Source: Octopus vulgaris
Lineage: Eukaryota
Assembly (NCBI GenBank): GCA_951406725.2
Contig: OX597826.1
Span: 52,824,001 to 52,888,000, forward strand
Direction of reading: 5' to 3'
DNA: 64,000 nt
Part shown: in pieces, positions 50,863 to 64,000 of the stretch
Numbering within the stretch: the stretch's first letter is position 1
Layout: every line of letters begins with the position of its first letter
The notes under the pieces: generated by a model
Seen by the model: the letters and a program-made list of their open reading frames with translations, nothing else
Database searches by the model: none
Told to the model about the DNA's origin: nothing
Translations under genes and position numbers: made by a program

Positions 50863-53516
50863 CAGCTATATTTACTATTTATTTTGTAATAACAGTCACA
50901 CAATCTCTAAAAAATTAGCCTATATATTCCTGTAATATTTCAACATGTTCATACAGCAGCTGCAATCATCTGTAAAATATCAGCAATAATATATATTTTT
51001 TTGTCTTAACTGAATGCTAACTACCGTAGTCATCTGAGATAGTTCTGAGTTCTCGATCGACTTGTTAGAAATAGAAGTGAAATTTCTCCCAAATCACACT
51101 CTAACGCCTTCAAAATAGGGAAGAATTGGTTAAGTCATAGCTAGGGCATGTTCGGACGGAACTCTGATTGATCAGGGCTGACCTGTGGCAAAATAACAAA
51201 AGCAGTAAATTCATTCCATAATATTAAATAGTTGTTGCATTTTCTCGATACCCACCTCCTCTACATTTCGTGTATCAACGAGGCAGTATCTACGTAGTAA
51301 CTCGACCAGCTAGAATTAACAGCCAAATCTACCTCAAATCACTCTTTTCGCTCTTATGCTGATATAAATAACTCATTGGACAATTATATATAAATAAAAA
51401 GAAGATGGCATGCTGATTTCTGGAATGCTTTGATCATAAGTTTTCTCAATTTAAGCTAATCTGCTGTTGAACATCCACGTCGTCATCATTATCACCGCCA
51501 TTGTCGTCGTTATCACAATTAAGAATATACTACTACAGTCATTGAAAAAAACAAAAGAAAACAAATGCATACCATTTGCTTTTTTACAATATACAACTTT
51601 TTATTTCAAACATGAAAGCAACATGATCGAATGGTTAAGAAGATCGCTTAACGGGTTAGATTCCACAACATTGGATCTTGGACAAATATTTTTTATCTTA
51701 GCCTTAGGGTTGATTGCAAAAAAAACAGCTAAGGCTGATTCTATTAATATGATTAATATGCATGGGATTATGTATTGGAGTCAGATACATGTTAGCTTGG
51801 AGACAGAAGTAGATGTTTTGCCTAGTGTGAAAGGTTTGTCCACATTCTGAAGAATACAACCACTAGGGTTCTTTGATGTGATTTGTAGTCTAACTTTCTT
51901 GAAAAGACAAAAGCCATAGTTTCCTGTATTAGCGATAACATCAAGAAAATACTAAACTGTTATGTTTGAATTTAATCTGGATTTTTTCAATACCCATTCT
52001 CCTGGTTTGATGTCAGTATTGTTTCATTATTGTTAATGTTGCTACTGCCGCTGCTACTGTTATTGTTTATGCTGTTGTTATTGTTGTTTACTCCTGAGGT
52101 AGCTACGATCAAGAAAAACTATAAGGGGTATTCCAGCAACGATTATTTAGCTGCTTCTAGTAAATAGACTAAGTAAGTATTCAACAAATATTTAACTCTA
52201 CTAAACCTTCAAACAGACCTGTTTTATTGAAGACAAGAACCGTCTTTGATATTGCCTACATTAAAATTACCGACAACAAAATCATAAATAGGAAGAAAAA
52301 GAAAGCCTTTTAACTGAACATCACAGCTTCATTTTTACATTTTCAGTGTGATATCGTAAAAGTTGAGCACCCGTTAAACGCTTTCAGGGCATAAATGCTG
52401 TAATAACCTAAGAAACCTAAGACCCATAAGGCTGTTTATTCAGTTTCTCGGGTGTATAAGTGACTGAGATCACAAGAAGCCACTGAACGGGAGGCCGGTC
52501 CGTTGCAAAGTTACACATTTACAGTAGAGTGGAACAACGTGAAATGAAACTGTGGAATGGAGCAGTTAAATGAAGCATTTTGGTTAAGACCACAAGGTGT
52601 TGCCTGGCCCAAGAATCGAAAATGCTCTAAACACCCAGCTACGCACTCTCACTATATATAAGCTGTAAAGCGTCAAGTATATATATATCAGTAAAGTATA
52701 ATTTAAATGACTATTTAACTAACAATAATTAATCGCAATTTTTTTTATCAGCCTCTAACGATGTCACAGTTGTTGAGATTAAAACAATAGTGATCTAAAT
52801 TCGATGTGTCCAGAAAGAGGATAGTAAAAGATATGTGGATTGGATGTTGTACAGCTAGAAATAATCCCCTTTCAATGATGCCACGAGGAAGAATCTATAG
52901 TGTCGCTCAACTGATGGAATTGATAATCAAATCTCTTTCCGATGAAACGTTACAGCCTTGAAAAATTTATAGGTATAAAAAAATATAACCGCATATACCC
53001 GGAAACAGCTGTATGTTAACCGCTGGAACACTATTGATCATAGATCTGCTGACTCAGGGCTTACCTAGAATTAACCCTTAGACTGTCCTATGTATCATTT
53101 TCGAGTATCACATGTGGTATGAGGATATATTTTCCCTGTGTCTACTCATCATATGTGATATATATTCCCAGTTTGCTTTTCAACCACCTGAGTAACTTGG
53201 GGCCTGTGAAAGGAAAGTTTTCTTTCACTCAGTACGTATGGAGCAAGAGCTAGCAAAACGACCGAAAACAAGGCTGGACATTTAGAACAATTTTATAGAA
53301 ATGCTTTGAACCGGCAAAGGTTTGAACAACACTAATGACAGCAGCAACAACAACAAAAGCAGCAGCAAAGTCAGGACTGACTCCTACTAAATACAGAATG
53401 TGGCATAATTTTAATCGCACATCAACACTGAATGTCTTCTTTCAACAGTAAGGTACTTTAAAATAACACCCATACAATTGCTCATCGCTCTGTCTGATAT
53501 ACTGCGAACATTCACA

Positions 53517-53589
<73 letters not shown>

Positions 53590-53592
<3 letters not shown>

Positions 53593-54960
53593 AGAATTTA
53601 CAAAAAACAAAACAAAAAACAAAAGACGAAGACGGGTGTATTAGTTTAACGCTCAGGAAGTGAGAAAGTCTTTTACGTGTCGAGCCTACGCTCGAAAGGA
53701 AGACAGAAATAAATAGGGAGAGAAAAAGGTTTAGTGGCTAGCGATCTATCATGGTGAATGCCGGACAGAGAGGTAACACAGAAGAGCTAGGAAGAAAGGC
53801 AGATAATAAAGTAATGGTGATCCCAAAACAAAGGTGCGCATGCGTGTGTATGTTCGTGTAGAAGAGGGCTGGTGACATTGACGTGTGCGCATGTGTATGT
53901 GTAGGTGTGTGGATGATGGTGTAGGTGCTGGGAAGTGGTCAGTGCTAGCGTGTGCGCTGGTGTGGCTGCTGGGAAGTGGTCAGTGCTAGTATGGGCGTGG
54001 TGGTGTGATGTGGTGTTGTGTGGTATGGTGTGTGGTGTGGTATAGTAGTGTGTGGTGTGATGTTGTGTTGTGTGGTGGTAGTGTGTTGGGGTGTGAGGGA
54101 GGCGAGAATGGGAGAAGCAAGGGTGGCTCTAAGAGATGGAGTGATGTGGGATAGGATGTATCGGGATAAAGGGGTTGGAATGTGTAGGGGTAGGGTAACG
54201 AGGGAGAGGGGATGATGAAGGCAGAGGGTGGAAGGGAGAAGGTGGGTAGGAGAGAAGAGACGAAGTAGGTTCCAGAGCAAGGGAGGAGCGGTACGTGGGA
54301 GGAAGTAGGTGTGAGTGGAAGAGGGGAGAGAGAAGGAGGGTTAGATGAAGAGAAGATAAGAGTTGAGCCCCTGTGGTGCAAAGAAGTGAAGCGAGAAGAT
54401 TAATCCCCGCTCACGGTGAAGACAGGAGTCCTGATGGACCCTGTGCAAGGACAATCCGAATAGAGACCGGTAGAGCGGAAATGGCGCGAGAGCGGGGTGT
54501 CGTTGCCGAGTCGGATGTCTCGGAGGTGTTCCGTGAACCGGTCAGCCAAGCGGCGTCCGTTTGACCGATTTATAGAGAAGGAGAGATCAGGAGATGCAGT
54601 AGATGACGTTGCTAGAAGTGCAGATAAAGACGTCAGAGATATGATAGGGTCGATGATGAGTGCCGGTGAGGAAGGCGGTGTTGGAGAGGTAAGGGTAAGT
54701 TTGGCAGCGTGTGTGGGATTAGGGGAACGAGCCGTTGGGTAGGTTGCGTTAGGGAAGAAGCTGGGGACTAAGAGATCTCGTAGGTTGTGGGCTCGTTTGA
54801 AGGAGGGAAGTAGTCCGTTAGGGAAGATGTGCGAAGTGGAAGGGTCGGACTGGAGTCGCCGGAAGGCTTGGAGAATGGTGCGTTGGAAAGGTAGGGTGAT
54901 AGGGTGGTAGGTGAGGGGAAACGGGAGACGGATGACGGCGGAGCGGGGGCGGGGGTATAA
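53590..54960 (-). mobile_element. 5'-truncated Penelope-like element (Cys-containing linker, GIY-YIG, 3' repeat)
   Basis: Minus-strand frameshifted translation FICTSSNVIYCIS...IGQT..RLADRFTEHLRDIR...SRHF...RERGLIFSLHFFAPQGLN. Confidence 0.88.
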
Positions 54961-55064
54961 AACAGATGCATTGTTTATTCAGTTTCTCGGGTGTATAAGT
55001 GACTGAGATCACAAGAAGCCACGTAGGGATATCCACGTAGGATGAAGTGGCGAGCCATGAGTTG

Positions 55065-55495
55065 AGACATGGTGATTTCATATCAAGATAAACAGCACAT
55101 CACCTTGGAGGTGAGGGCCCAGTTAGAATTTCCTTCTGGTCGAGTAACCCATCCCGTTCAAAAGGTACCTGAATATGGGTTGTTTAAAGATGTTGAACGA
55201 AACACCCATGTTTCCAGAGGTGAATTATTAAAAACCCCAAAGAATCCCTCTCAACAGATGGCTATGATGCTCCCCCACTACTTCTGCTTATGATCAGAGA
55301 TGCACATATCGTTAGCCACTAAAGGTCATGCTCAACTGGTTAATGTCAAACAACCGACAAGCAAACCTGTGGTATTGAGCAGAATATTTGCTGTAGCCCA
55401 TCTTTTATACCAAGACAAAACAACGTACATGATAACACGTCCAATCAGTTAAGATCAGAAGCCACGAGAGCCACTGCCTAGTACTGCATCAGGGC

Positions 55496-55498
<3 letters not shown>
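55065..55498. mobile_element. Non-coding interspersed repeat associated with (TAA)n; fuller copy at 57770-58317
   Basis: ~430 bp shared (catggtgat.tcatatcaagataaacag...atcag.gcatt); both copies abut (TTA)n. Confidence 0.8.
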
Positions 55499-55547
<49 letters not shown>

Positions 55548-56021
55548 TATCTGCCTGTCTATGTATGTCTGTCTGTCAGTATGTATATATGTATGCATGT
55601 ATGTACACACACACACAAGTGTACTTTTACTTAAATTCATATGAAAGTAAATCACAATATTTGTAAAGGGTGATGAATTTCAGTATTTCCTAATGCTTGG
55701 ATTAAAGAAAACATTTTATCTACTTCATATTTTTATATTCTTTCACCAAAAACATAATTTTTTACAAACATATACAGAAATTTTTCCTCACCATTGTACT
55801 AAAGTGAAAACTCATGAATCATTTCAAATATTCTTAACTTTTCTCTATAACTCTTACAAATATATTTTCACTATATATATTTTCTGCCTGCCTTCGATTA
55901 TGGCACATTGAGATAATTGATTTATTTCTCTATTTTCAACTAAGATTCTTCACATGCTCTTTATCTACTCATTCTTTCTCTCTCTCTCCCTCTCCCTCTC
56001 TTACTCTTACCGCGAGGAGAG

Positions 56022-56425
56022 TGGATAACTGTGGCAATTCTAGAGCTAAACATGCAACCAAAGCCACGATCGCCAGTCGCACCCGGGCGTCGGGCCGAAA
56101 AACGGCGTTCGGCAGCCACCGAACGCCGCCGGCGCCCGCTCGGCCTCTCCAAGGCGGCGTACCCTCGCACGCTCCCCGGTCGTGACGATACGGTCGGCCT
56201 TCCGTATTGGTCGCAGCGCAAATATTAAACTGAGACCGTGGTGGCAACGGGTAACGGGGTATCAGGGTTCGATTCCGGAGAGGAAGCATGCGAAACGGCT
56301 ACCACATCCAAGGAAGACAGCAGGCGCGCAGATTACCCACTCCTGGCTCGAGGAGGTAGTGATGAAAAATAACGAAGCGGAACTGTGTCGACGCCCAGCG
56401 ATCAGAATGAGTACACTTCAAATCC
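56022..56425 (+). pseudogene. 18S rRNA pseudogene fragment (5' domain)
   Basis: GGATAACTGTGGcAATTCTAGAGCTAA-ACATGC and ACGGGTAACGGGGtATCAGGGTTCGATTCCGGAGAGGaAGC..GAAACGGCTACCACATCCAAGGAAGaCAGCAGGCGCGCA match universal SSU blocks with several substitutions; isolated fragment. Confidence 0.9.
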
Positions 56426-56651
56426 GGCCGCCCGTTCGCACTCCCGGCCCTATTCGCCGATGCGTGAGCATATTTAAGATTTCGCCTCGAAAACAATACA
56501 TTTGTTCCTTTCTCTAAATTAAAGGTAGTTCAAATGGCTACAAAAACCACAGAAGTCACTCACTTTCTATCACTCACCCAGACGACTAAAAACAAGACGA
56601 TTTGTTGTTATTGTTGTTGTTACCACTATATTATTATCATCCTTATTATTA

Positions 56652-56692
<41 letters not shown>

Positions 56693-57084
56693 GAGGCGGC
56701 GAGCTGGCAGAAACGTTAGCACGTCGGGCGAAATGCCTAACGGTATTTCGTCTGCCGTTACGTTCTAAGTTCAAATTCCGCCGAGGTCGACTTTGCCTTT
56801 CATCCTTTCGTGGTCGATTAAATAAGTACCAGTTACGCACTGGGGTCGATATAATCGACTTAATCCATTCGTCTGTCCTTGTTCGTCCCCTCTGCGTTTA
56901 TCCCCTTGTGGGTAGTAAAGAAATAGGTATTTTGTCTGCCGCTACGTTCTGAGTTCAAATACTGCTACGGTCGAAGTACCAGTTAAGTACCAGTTGAGTG
57001 TACTGGAGTTGATGTAATCGACTTAACCTCTCTCCGAAATTCCAGGCCTTGTGCCTATACTAGAAAGGATCATTATTATTATTT

Positions 57085-57718
57085 TTTTGGGTATTATGAA
57101 ACACTCTCGGAAAGTTCTTAATTACCGGTTATTCTTTACTTGAAAGCAAACAATAACAAATCACCAAAGGTTTCAAGTAGTGCCTTCTGCTGTGACTCAG
57201 AGACAATACTCTCCTTAGAATGTGACCTGTACCCAACAATGGTGTCTTCTTGATCACCTCGATCCTGACAGCAGCTCCAATATTCTTAATATGTTTTTCA
57301 AAGTCCTTGGAAACTGCTCATAATGCTCCGATTACCACCAGTATCACCATTATTTTCTTTATGCCCCATAACTTTCCTATCTCGTCCCTCAGTGGCTGGT
57401 ATTTCTCAATCTTTTCTTTTTCTTTACCTTTCACTCTCGAATCGCCTGGTATTGCAACATCTATTATCTTTACTTCCTTTTTATCTTTATGGATGAGCAC
57501 GATATTTAGTCGTCTCGGCTTTATGACTTGGTCACACTGCATGTTAAACTCCCAGAGTATTTGGTAATGTTCCTCTGGTTTGTCTTCAACTTTTGTTCGG
57601 GTCTTTCGGGATTTGCTTTACTGCACAATAGCCAGTGGATATATCTGGCCACATTGTCGTGTCTCCTTTTGTATTCGAGGTGTGCGAGCTTAAAGCACTC
57701 ACTAACAATGTGGCTTAC
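57085..57718 (-). mobile_element. 3' fragment of an R4/Dong-like non-LTR retrotransposon (restriction-like endonuclease)
   Basis: SHIVSEC..LA..EYKRRHDNVARYIHW and RR..IV.I.K..KEV.IIDVAIPGD.RV..KEKEKIEKY..L..EI..LW......V.VIGAL; embedded in (TAA)n. Confidence 0.85.
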
Positions 57719-57719
57719 C

Positions 57720-57762
<43 letters not shown>

Positions 57763-60613
57763 TATTATTGAGTGAGAGAGCAGTGCATGCCCATTAAAGT
57801 GACACTGGGGTAAAATATACGAAGCCCAGTATACCCATCATGACTATCCGTCTGATAAGGGTACACTAGGCACATGCATCTCAACCATGTGTGCACGACA
57901 TGGTGATCTCATATCAAGATAAACAGTGCATGACCTTGCAGGTGGGGCTCAGTTAGAATTTTCTTCTGGTCGAGTAACCCATCCCCTTCAAAAGATCCCT
58001 GAATATGGGTTGTTTAAGCATGTTGAACGAAACACCCATGTTTCCAGAGGTGAATTATTCAAACCCCAAAGAATCCCTCACAACACATGGCTCTCCCACT
58101 ACTTCTGCTCGTGATCAGAGATGCACATATTGTCAGCCCTAAGGACATGCTCAACTGGTTAAGGTCAAACAACTGACAAGCAAATCTGTGGTATTGAGCA
58201 GAATATTCGCTGTAGCCCATCTTTTATACCAAGACAAAACAATGTACATGATAACACTTCCAATCAGTTAAGATCAGAAGCTATGAGAGCCACTGTCTGG
58301 TACTGTATCAGAGCATTTGTGGTATTGAGCAAAATATTTGCTGTAAGTGGGTTCGATGTAATAGACTTACACCATTCCCCGAAAATGCTGGCCTTGCGCC
58401 AAAATTTGAAATCAATATCCTTCTGATTTTCCGTTCTGAATTCAAATTCTGTCGAGGTCGGCTCTATCGATAAAAAAAGTGCCAATTAAGTACTTGATCC
58501 AAAGTAACCGACTAACACCCCCTCACAACCACGTGCACACACCTGAAATTGTAGGTGTTATGTCAAAATTTGAAATTATTATAATTATAAGTTGCTGTAG
58601 TCGCAGTAGCAGTAGCATGTCCGGGGGTTGTATGTTTCAATTCCCTCTTTGTAGCATTATTTGAAATAGCATATTAGCGACCATATTCTGTTCATTTCTT
58701 CCCAATTTTTTATTTTCAGAGAATCAATGCTTGAAAATACGTCTTATTGTTTGCCAGCAGAGAAGATATTAAACTTGAACGATATCAACTGCTGCAATCA
58801 ATTAGATGTTATTTGAGTCTACGGAACGCAAAAAGAAATTTTTAATTTCGTAAGGAAAGAGTAAGGGAAAATTGTTCAACACCTAAAGTCATAAATTTAG
58901 CGAAAGAAATTTATCTTTCGACTAATAGAATCTGTGAAAAAATTCTGGTTTCTACCTGTTAAAAGGTGTTATAAAAATTTGTCTTATACAAAATGGCATT
59001 CGTCATGTTAAAAATAAGTTGGTATATTATGTATCTGTTTTATCAATAAAAAATAAATAGGATGTTGTTTTTTTTTTATGAATTAAATCTCTGCCTGATA
59101 CAACGTTTATTTTATTTAATGGATATTAAATTGAGTTTTTGCATCATATGTTGTCTGTAAAATTCAGAACTAGTTTCAATTAATTTGAGATTTAAAAGAT
59201 TTTAAAGAACTCTCAAATAGTATTGTTACTTTTAACTCTACAGATTTCAATGACAATGATGTACTGTTGACTACTTAGCGGTCCAAACACAGAGCGAGAA
59301 GAAAAACATAATTGAAGAGATGATATTGAGCAGGGTTTCTGTTCCTGGAGGAGCTCATATTATTTCAGTTGCAGTGATGACATAAACAAACCGACGAGGA
59401 AAAAATATAATAGTTTATGTAATTCTAGATAAACAAAGACTAAATGAACACAGATGGAACACATTTGATCCTAGGTTTTAAACAATTGTTACTTGAAAAA
59501 TAATTACAAGTATTTTTATACTCTCATATTACAGAATATTTATCAAAATAAAATATCCTTTATAAAACTCTTTCAGGTTATCCAGGTTTTGCTCCTATTC
59601 ATAAATTATGAAAGTTCAAAATATTAGGTTAACAGAATAGGTTCCTGTAAAGAAACAATCGAAATGAACCAATCAAAATCTTAACCTGATTCTCGTAGGT
59701 ATACAGAAAATAAACGCAGCTTCTATCCGCATTTAGCCTCCTCATTAGTCAATTTGTTGTTTTCCACCATCTTTCTCTGTGGCTATTCCTTCATGATGCC
59801 CAACAACCCTTTTATGTTTCTATACTACTTTAAAAGCAGGTTGTTTTGATGCTACAAGCCTAAGGTGTTACAGTCTTCGACATATTTTCAGATCAATACG
59901 CTATATACATCGCTACCAATTTCATATTCTGATCGATTGCTAATAAGTTATCAATAAAGTGATCGACAATTCAAAGCCACGGACAGAAAAAGTGAAAACC
60001 TTTACATTTACTTTCCAAGGAAGAAGGTAACATCACTGGTAGATTATTTATTCCATTCATGTTATAAATAAATCGATATATTTTACCTGTAAGCTGAAAA
60101 GCTATGAGAAATAAAGCCATCGCAATTGCTGCCCAGTATAAGTGAACGAGATAGGTAGAACCTTATGACTAGGAGCCAAATATTTTTTAGGAAAAAAAGG
60201 AATTAGTGTTGAACACATTTTTATATACATATGTGACCAACATTATTATACGAATTATCCTACAACAACCCGCATACACGAAGATTTCATTTCAATAGGA
60301 ATGAGAGAATTAATAGTACGTAGTAAAGAAGCTAAACTGATCGATTTCAACAGCAAAAAAAAACCGCACACGCAGCCCAGGAAACATCTTTTGACATCAG
60401 AAACCAAGCCAAGCTAGATTGTTCAAGTTATTAATAGGGTAGCTACCGTCATCCCACCCATTTAATAAAGTAGCAAAGGGCTTTCGAAACGTACGAATTT
60501 CACACCAAATATTTTCTACTTTATGATGCTTCTTGATTAGGAAAGAACTTTCACGAATTTATTTGACAGTGTATCGACTTTAGATAAAAAAAAAACAATC
60601 TTCAATTGCTGTC

Positions 60614-60713
<100 letters not shown>

Positions 60714-60791
60714 TTAGACTTTATGCGTGGATGCGTGGCGTTCAATCAAATAATAATATAAATAATATGTATATATAATTACACACACACT

Positions 60792-60870
<79 letters not shown>

Positions 60871-61322
60871 TATATACATATATGGGTATAGGACGTTACA
60901 AACTGTAAACAACATGAAATACATAAAGAAATGAGTTGAATACGCAAATAACGAAAGAAACAAATGAAAAACAGGACGAGTAACATAACCAATGACCCTT
61001 CATCAGTTGTCGGCTGTCCATCTACTCCTCATTTCGAGCATTGAATGACAATATGAGTCTTCGAAGGCAGTTGCTCCCACAAAAGCCCAAATGAAATTTG
61101 GGATTCATGGATGGTCAAAGCTGGTAACAAAAGTAGGACAGTGGAGACATTCAAGGAAACCGAACGAAAACGGAGATGGAGGGTCGTTAGACCAGACGAA
61201 GATATATATGCATATATATATATATATATATATATTATTTACATACATACATATATATATATACATATACTTATATATATATATATATTATTTACATACA
61301 TACATATATATATATACATATA

Positions 61323-61475
<153 letters not shown>

Positions 61476-61565
61476 CATACATATATATATATATATATTA
61501 TTACATACATACATATATATATATATATTATTTACATACATACATATATATATATATATATTATT

Positions 61566-61603
<38 letters not shown>

Positions 61604-61604
61604 T

Positions 61605-61664
<60 letters not shown>

Positions 61665-62423
61665 TTCAACTACGGTAGTAGTTAAATAATATTCTTAACG
61701 TAGCTTCTTTTTCGCAGTCGGCGTCTTCCAAGGAGTCTCACTAATTCAGCTTTAATCGAAATCAAATTTAATTTTCTGAATTATGTTTGACTAGAGATAA
61801 GCTACAGTTAGACATAAAATACTTAAAATCTGGTGCAGTAGAACAAATATTAAGAGAAAACATGTATAAACCAAACTGGTTGACTGATGGGAAGTAACGC
61901 CCGTCATCGACACTGAATCCAACACCATTCTTTTAATTTTGATTTAAAATTATATTGTTGATATTAATATGAAAGAGAAATGTTAAAGGAATATATTGGT
62001 AAAGGTTCTGTCAAACTTTATCCATTAGAAAAAAAGATATTCAATTTTAATTCTCAAATTCTTATCAATTTTTGCGTGATATTAAAGGGGCACTACTCAA
62101 GCATAACTACAGATTTCTGCACCCCATCCCCGAATTTGGATGATCATAACTTTCAGAAAAATGGATATTTTTTAATGAAATGTTCTACTTGTTTCAGTCA
62201 TTTTACTGCGGCCATGCTGGAACACCGCCTCCCAGGACTTATTCTTTGTAAGCAAATCAACTCCCAGGATTTATTCTTTGTAAGTCTAGTACTCATTCTA
62301 TCGAAATCATTTTGCCGAATCGCTAAGTTACGGGGACGTAAACACACCAGCATCGGCTGTCAAGCGATGTTGGGGGGGAGGACAAACACAGACACACAAA
62401 CATACACACACACACACACACAT

Positions 62424-62472
<49 letters not shown>

Positions 62473-62625
62473 CATACATACATACATACGACGGGCTTTC
62501 AGTTTCCGTCTACCAAATTTACGAGGCTATAGTAGAATACACTTGCCCAAGGTGCCACGCAGTAGGACTGAACCTGAAACCATGTGGTTGGTAAGCAAAC
62601 TACTTACCACACAGCCACTCCTGTG

Positions 62626-62742
<117 letters not shown>

Positions 62743-62831
62743 AAAAATTTTTTTATAAATATTGCAGAATGCTCAAATGAAAGAAAATTTTAATAAAATG
62801 AGAAAATGATAAAATATATAAATGTATATTT

Positions 62832-62870
62832 ATTCAACCGGTTTTCGTCATTGTATGACTTGTCAAGAAT
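62832..62870 (-). ncRNA. Degenerate hammerhead motif in a probable PLE terminal region (~62740-63190)
   Basis: Minus strand: attc-TTGACAA-gtca tacaa tgac-GAAA-accggT-T-gaat; stems I/II and the palindromic loop III are retained, the core is mutated. Confidence 0.45.
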
Positions 62871-64000
62871 ATTTATGTTTTAAGAAGTTTTATTTTTTTT
62901 TTTTAAATTAGAAAGGGGAAAAAAAGAAAATTGCATTGTTTTTTGTAAAAGAATAATGATAAAAATGTACAAAAGTTAAAAAATAAGTTCTCCGATACAT
63001 TGTGAGTTCGTTGTGTATCTTGCGTTTTATGGTTGTTTACGAAAAAATTACCTTGAGGTGTTAAGATCCAAAGGGATTAAGAGCATGTGTTGTGTTGTGT
63101 TGTTAAATTCAGCATGTTTGCAGGACAGGAAGTAGTAGTAATTGTGGTCCTGGTTCTTCAGTTCCTGTGTTGTGAGTAAGGGGAGACAACTCTTTTGAGT
63201 TCTTCAATAAAACCCAAATTATAAAACTATCATTTTAGCTTCATTTGCATTATCTTTTTTATATAATTGCTTGTTAACTTATATAACTGCAATTGTCTAT
63301 GCAGATTTATATTATTAGAAAATAATATAAATAAAGTGTTAAAATCTGAAAGTAGTACTGAATCATGTAGCAGGGCTGTTCAGAAAAAAGGCAAATGACA
63401 AAAATTCAAATATTTTAACAGCTAATTTTCATTATTTTAAAAATTTCAAACATGCTAAAAATAACTTTATTTATAATTCATTTATTAATTTTATAGTAAA
63501 TAGAATATGGTTATTTGTGGCTTTGTCTCTATGATCATTACTGAAATCTGTAGTAAGGCTGATCAGAAAAGGTAAATGCCACTTGTAATTATATTCTATT
63601 CAATATTAATTTAATTTCATTTATTTAAAATAAAGTAATTTTATTAAATTTGTATACTCATTTTTTTCATTATTTAAAAAATTCTTTAAATATACTCATT
63701 TGTAAACTGTGTCTCTGTACAGTACTGAACTTACAGTACGTACATTATGTCCAGAAAAGCAAAGTTGCAATGATTATCATTCATTTTTAATTTAATTTCT
63801 AAATGAGAATTATTGAAAAGAAAAATCAAAATTTTGTTTGAATTTTCTTGGAAATTTTTGAAATCAAAATGACAAAAAAAAATGGTAACTATATATATTT
63901 TTAATTAAAATTTTACTATTACTGCAATGCCAGTAAAAACAATGGACTAGCCAATGCAAAATGCGGACGCATTCTCACAATATTCTTAACAATGAAACCT

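Noticed and set aside
58700-60100. Candidate exons after ttttcag/ctacag acceptors (~58719, ~59243) in unique AT-rich DNA
   Set aside because: No sustained reading frame or recognisable homology; cannot be supported without transcript data

Overview
Eukaryotic, AT-rich, repeat-dominated DNA. The SINE families, the very dense (TA)n/(CA)n microsatellites and a KRAB-less multi-finger C2H2 gene suggest a coleoid cephalopod such as octopus (inference, not verified). The only convincing host protein-coding gene is a 1251-aa protein with 12 C2H2 fingers at 658-4413 (+). The rest is a mosaic of Penelope-like element (PLE) remnants, Tc1/mariner copies, L1/Tx1-, RTE- and R4/Dong-like LINE fragments, several tRNA-derived SINE families, MITE-like elements and an 18S rRNA pseudogene. 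Three features stand out. (i) Fold-back (palindromic) PLE-type insertions sit in (TA)n tracts, including a near-perfect 2-kb palindrome carrying a GIY-YIG endonuclease fragment. (ii) About ten type I hammerhead-ribozyme motifs, from about six distinct sequence families, were read by eye, several as head-to-head pairs in short non-coding palindromes. (iii) An old inverted duplication spanning about 21 kb (12.1-16.8 kb vs 24.4-33.4 kb) contains a strikingly conserved non-coding core. All alignments and folds were done by eye, and boundaries of degenerate repeats are approximate.
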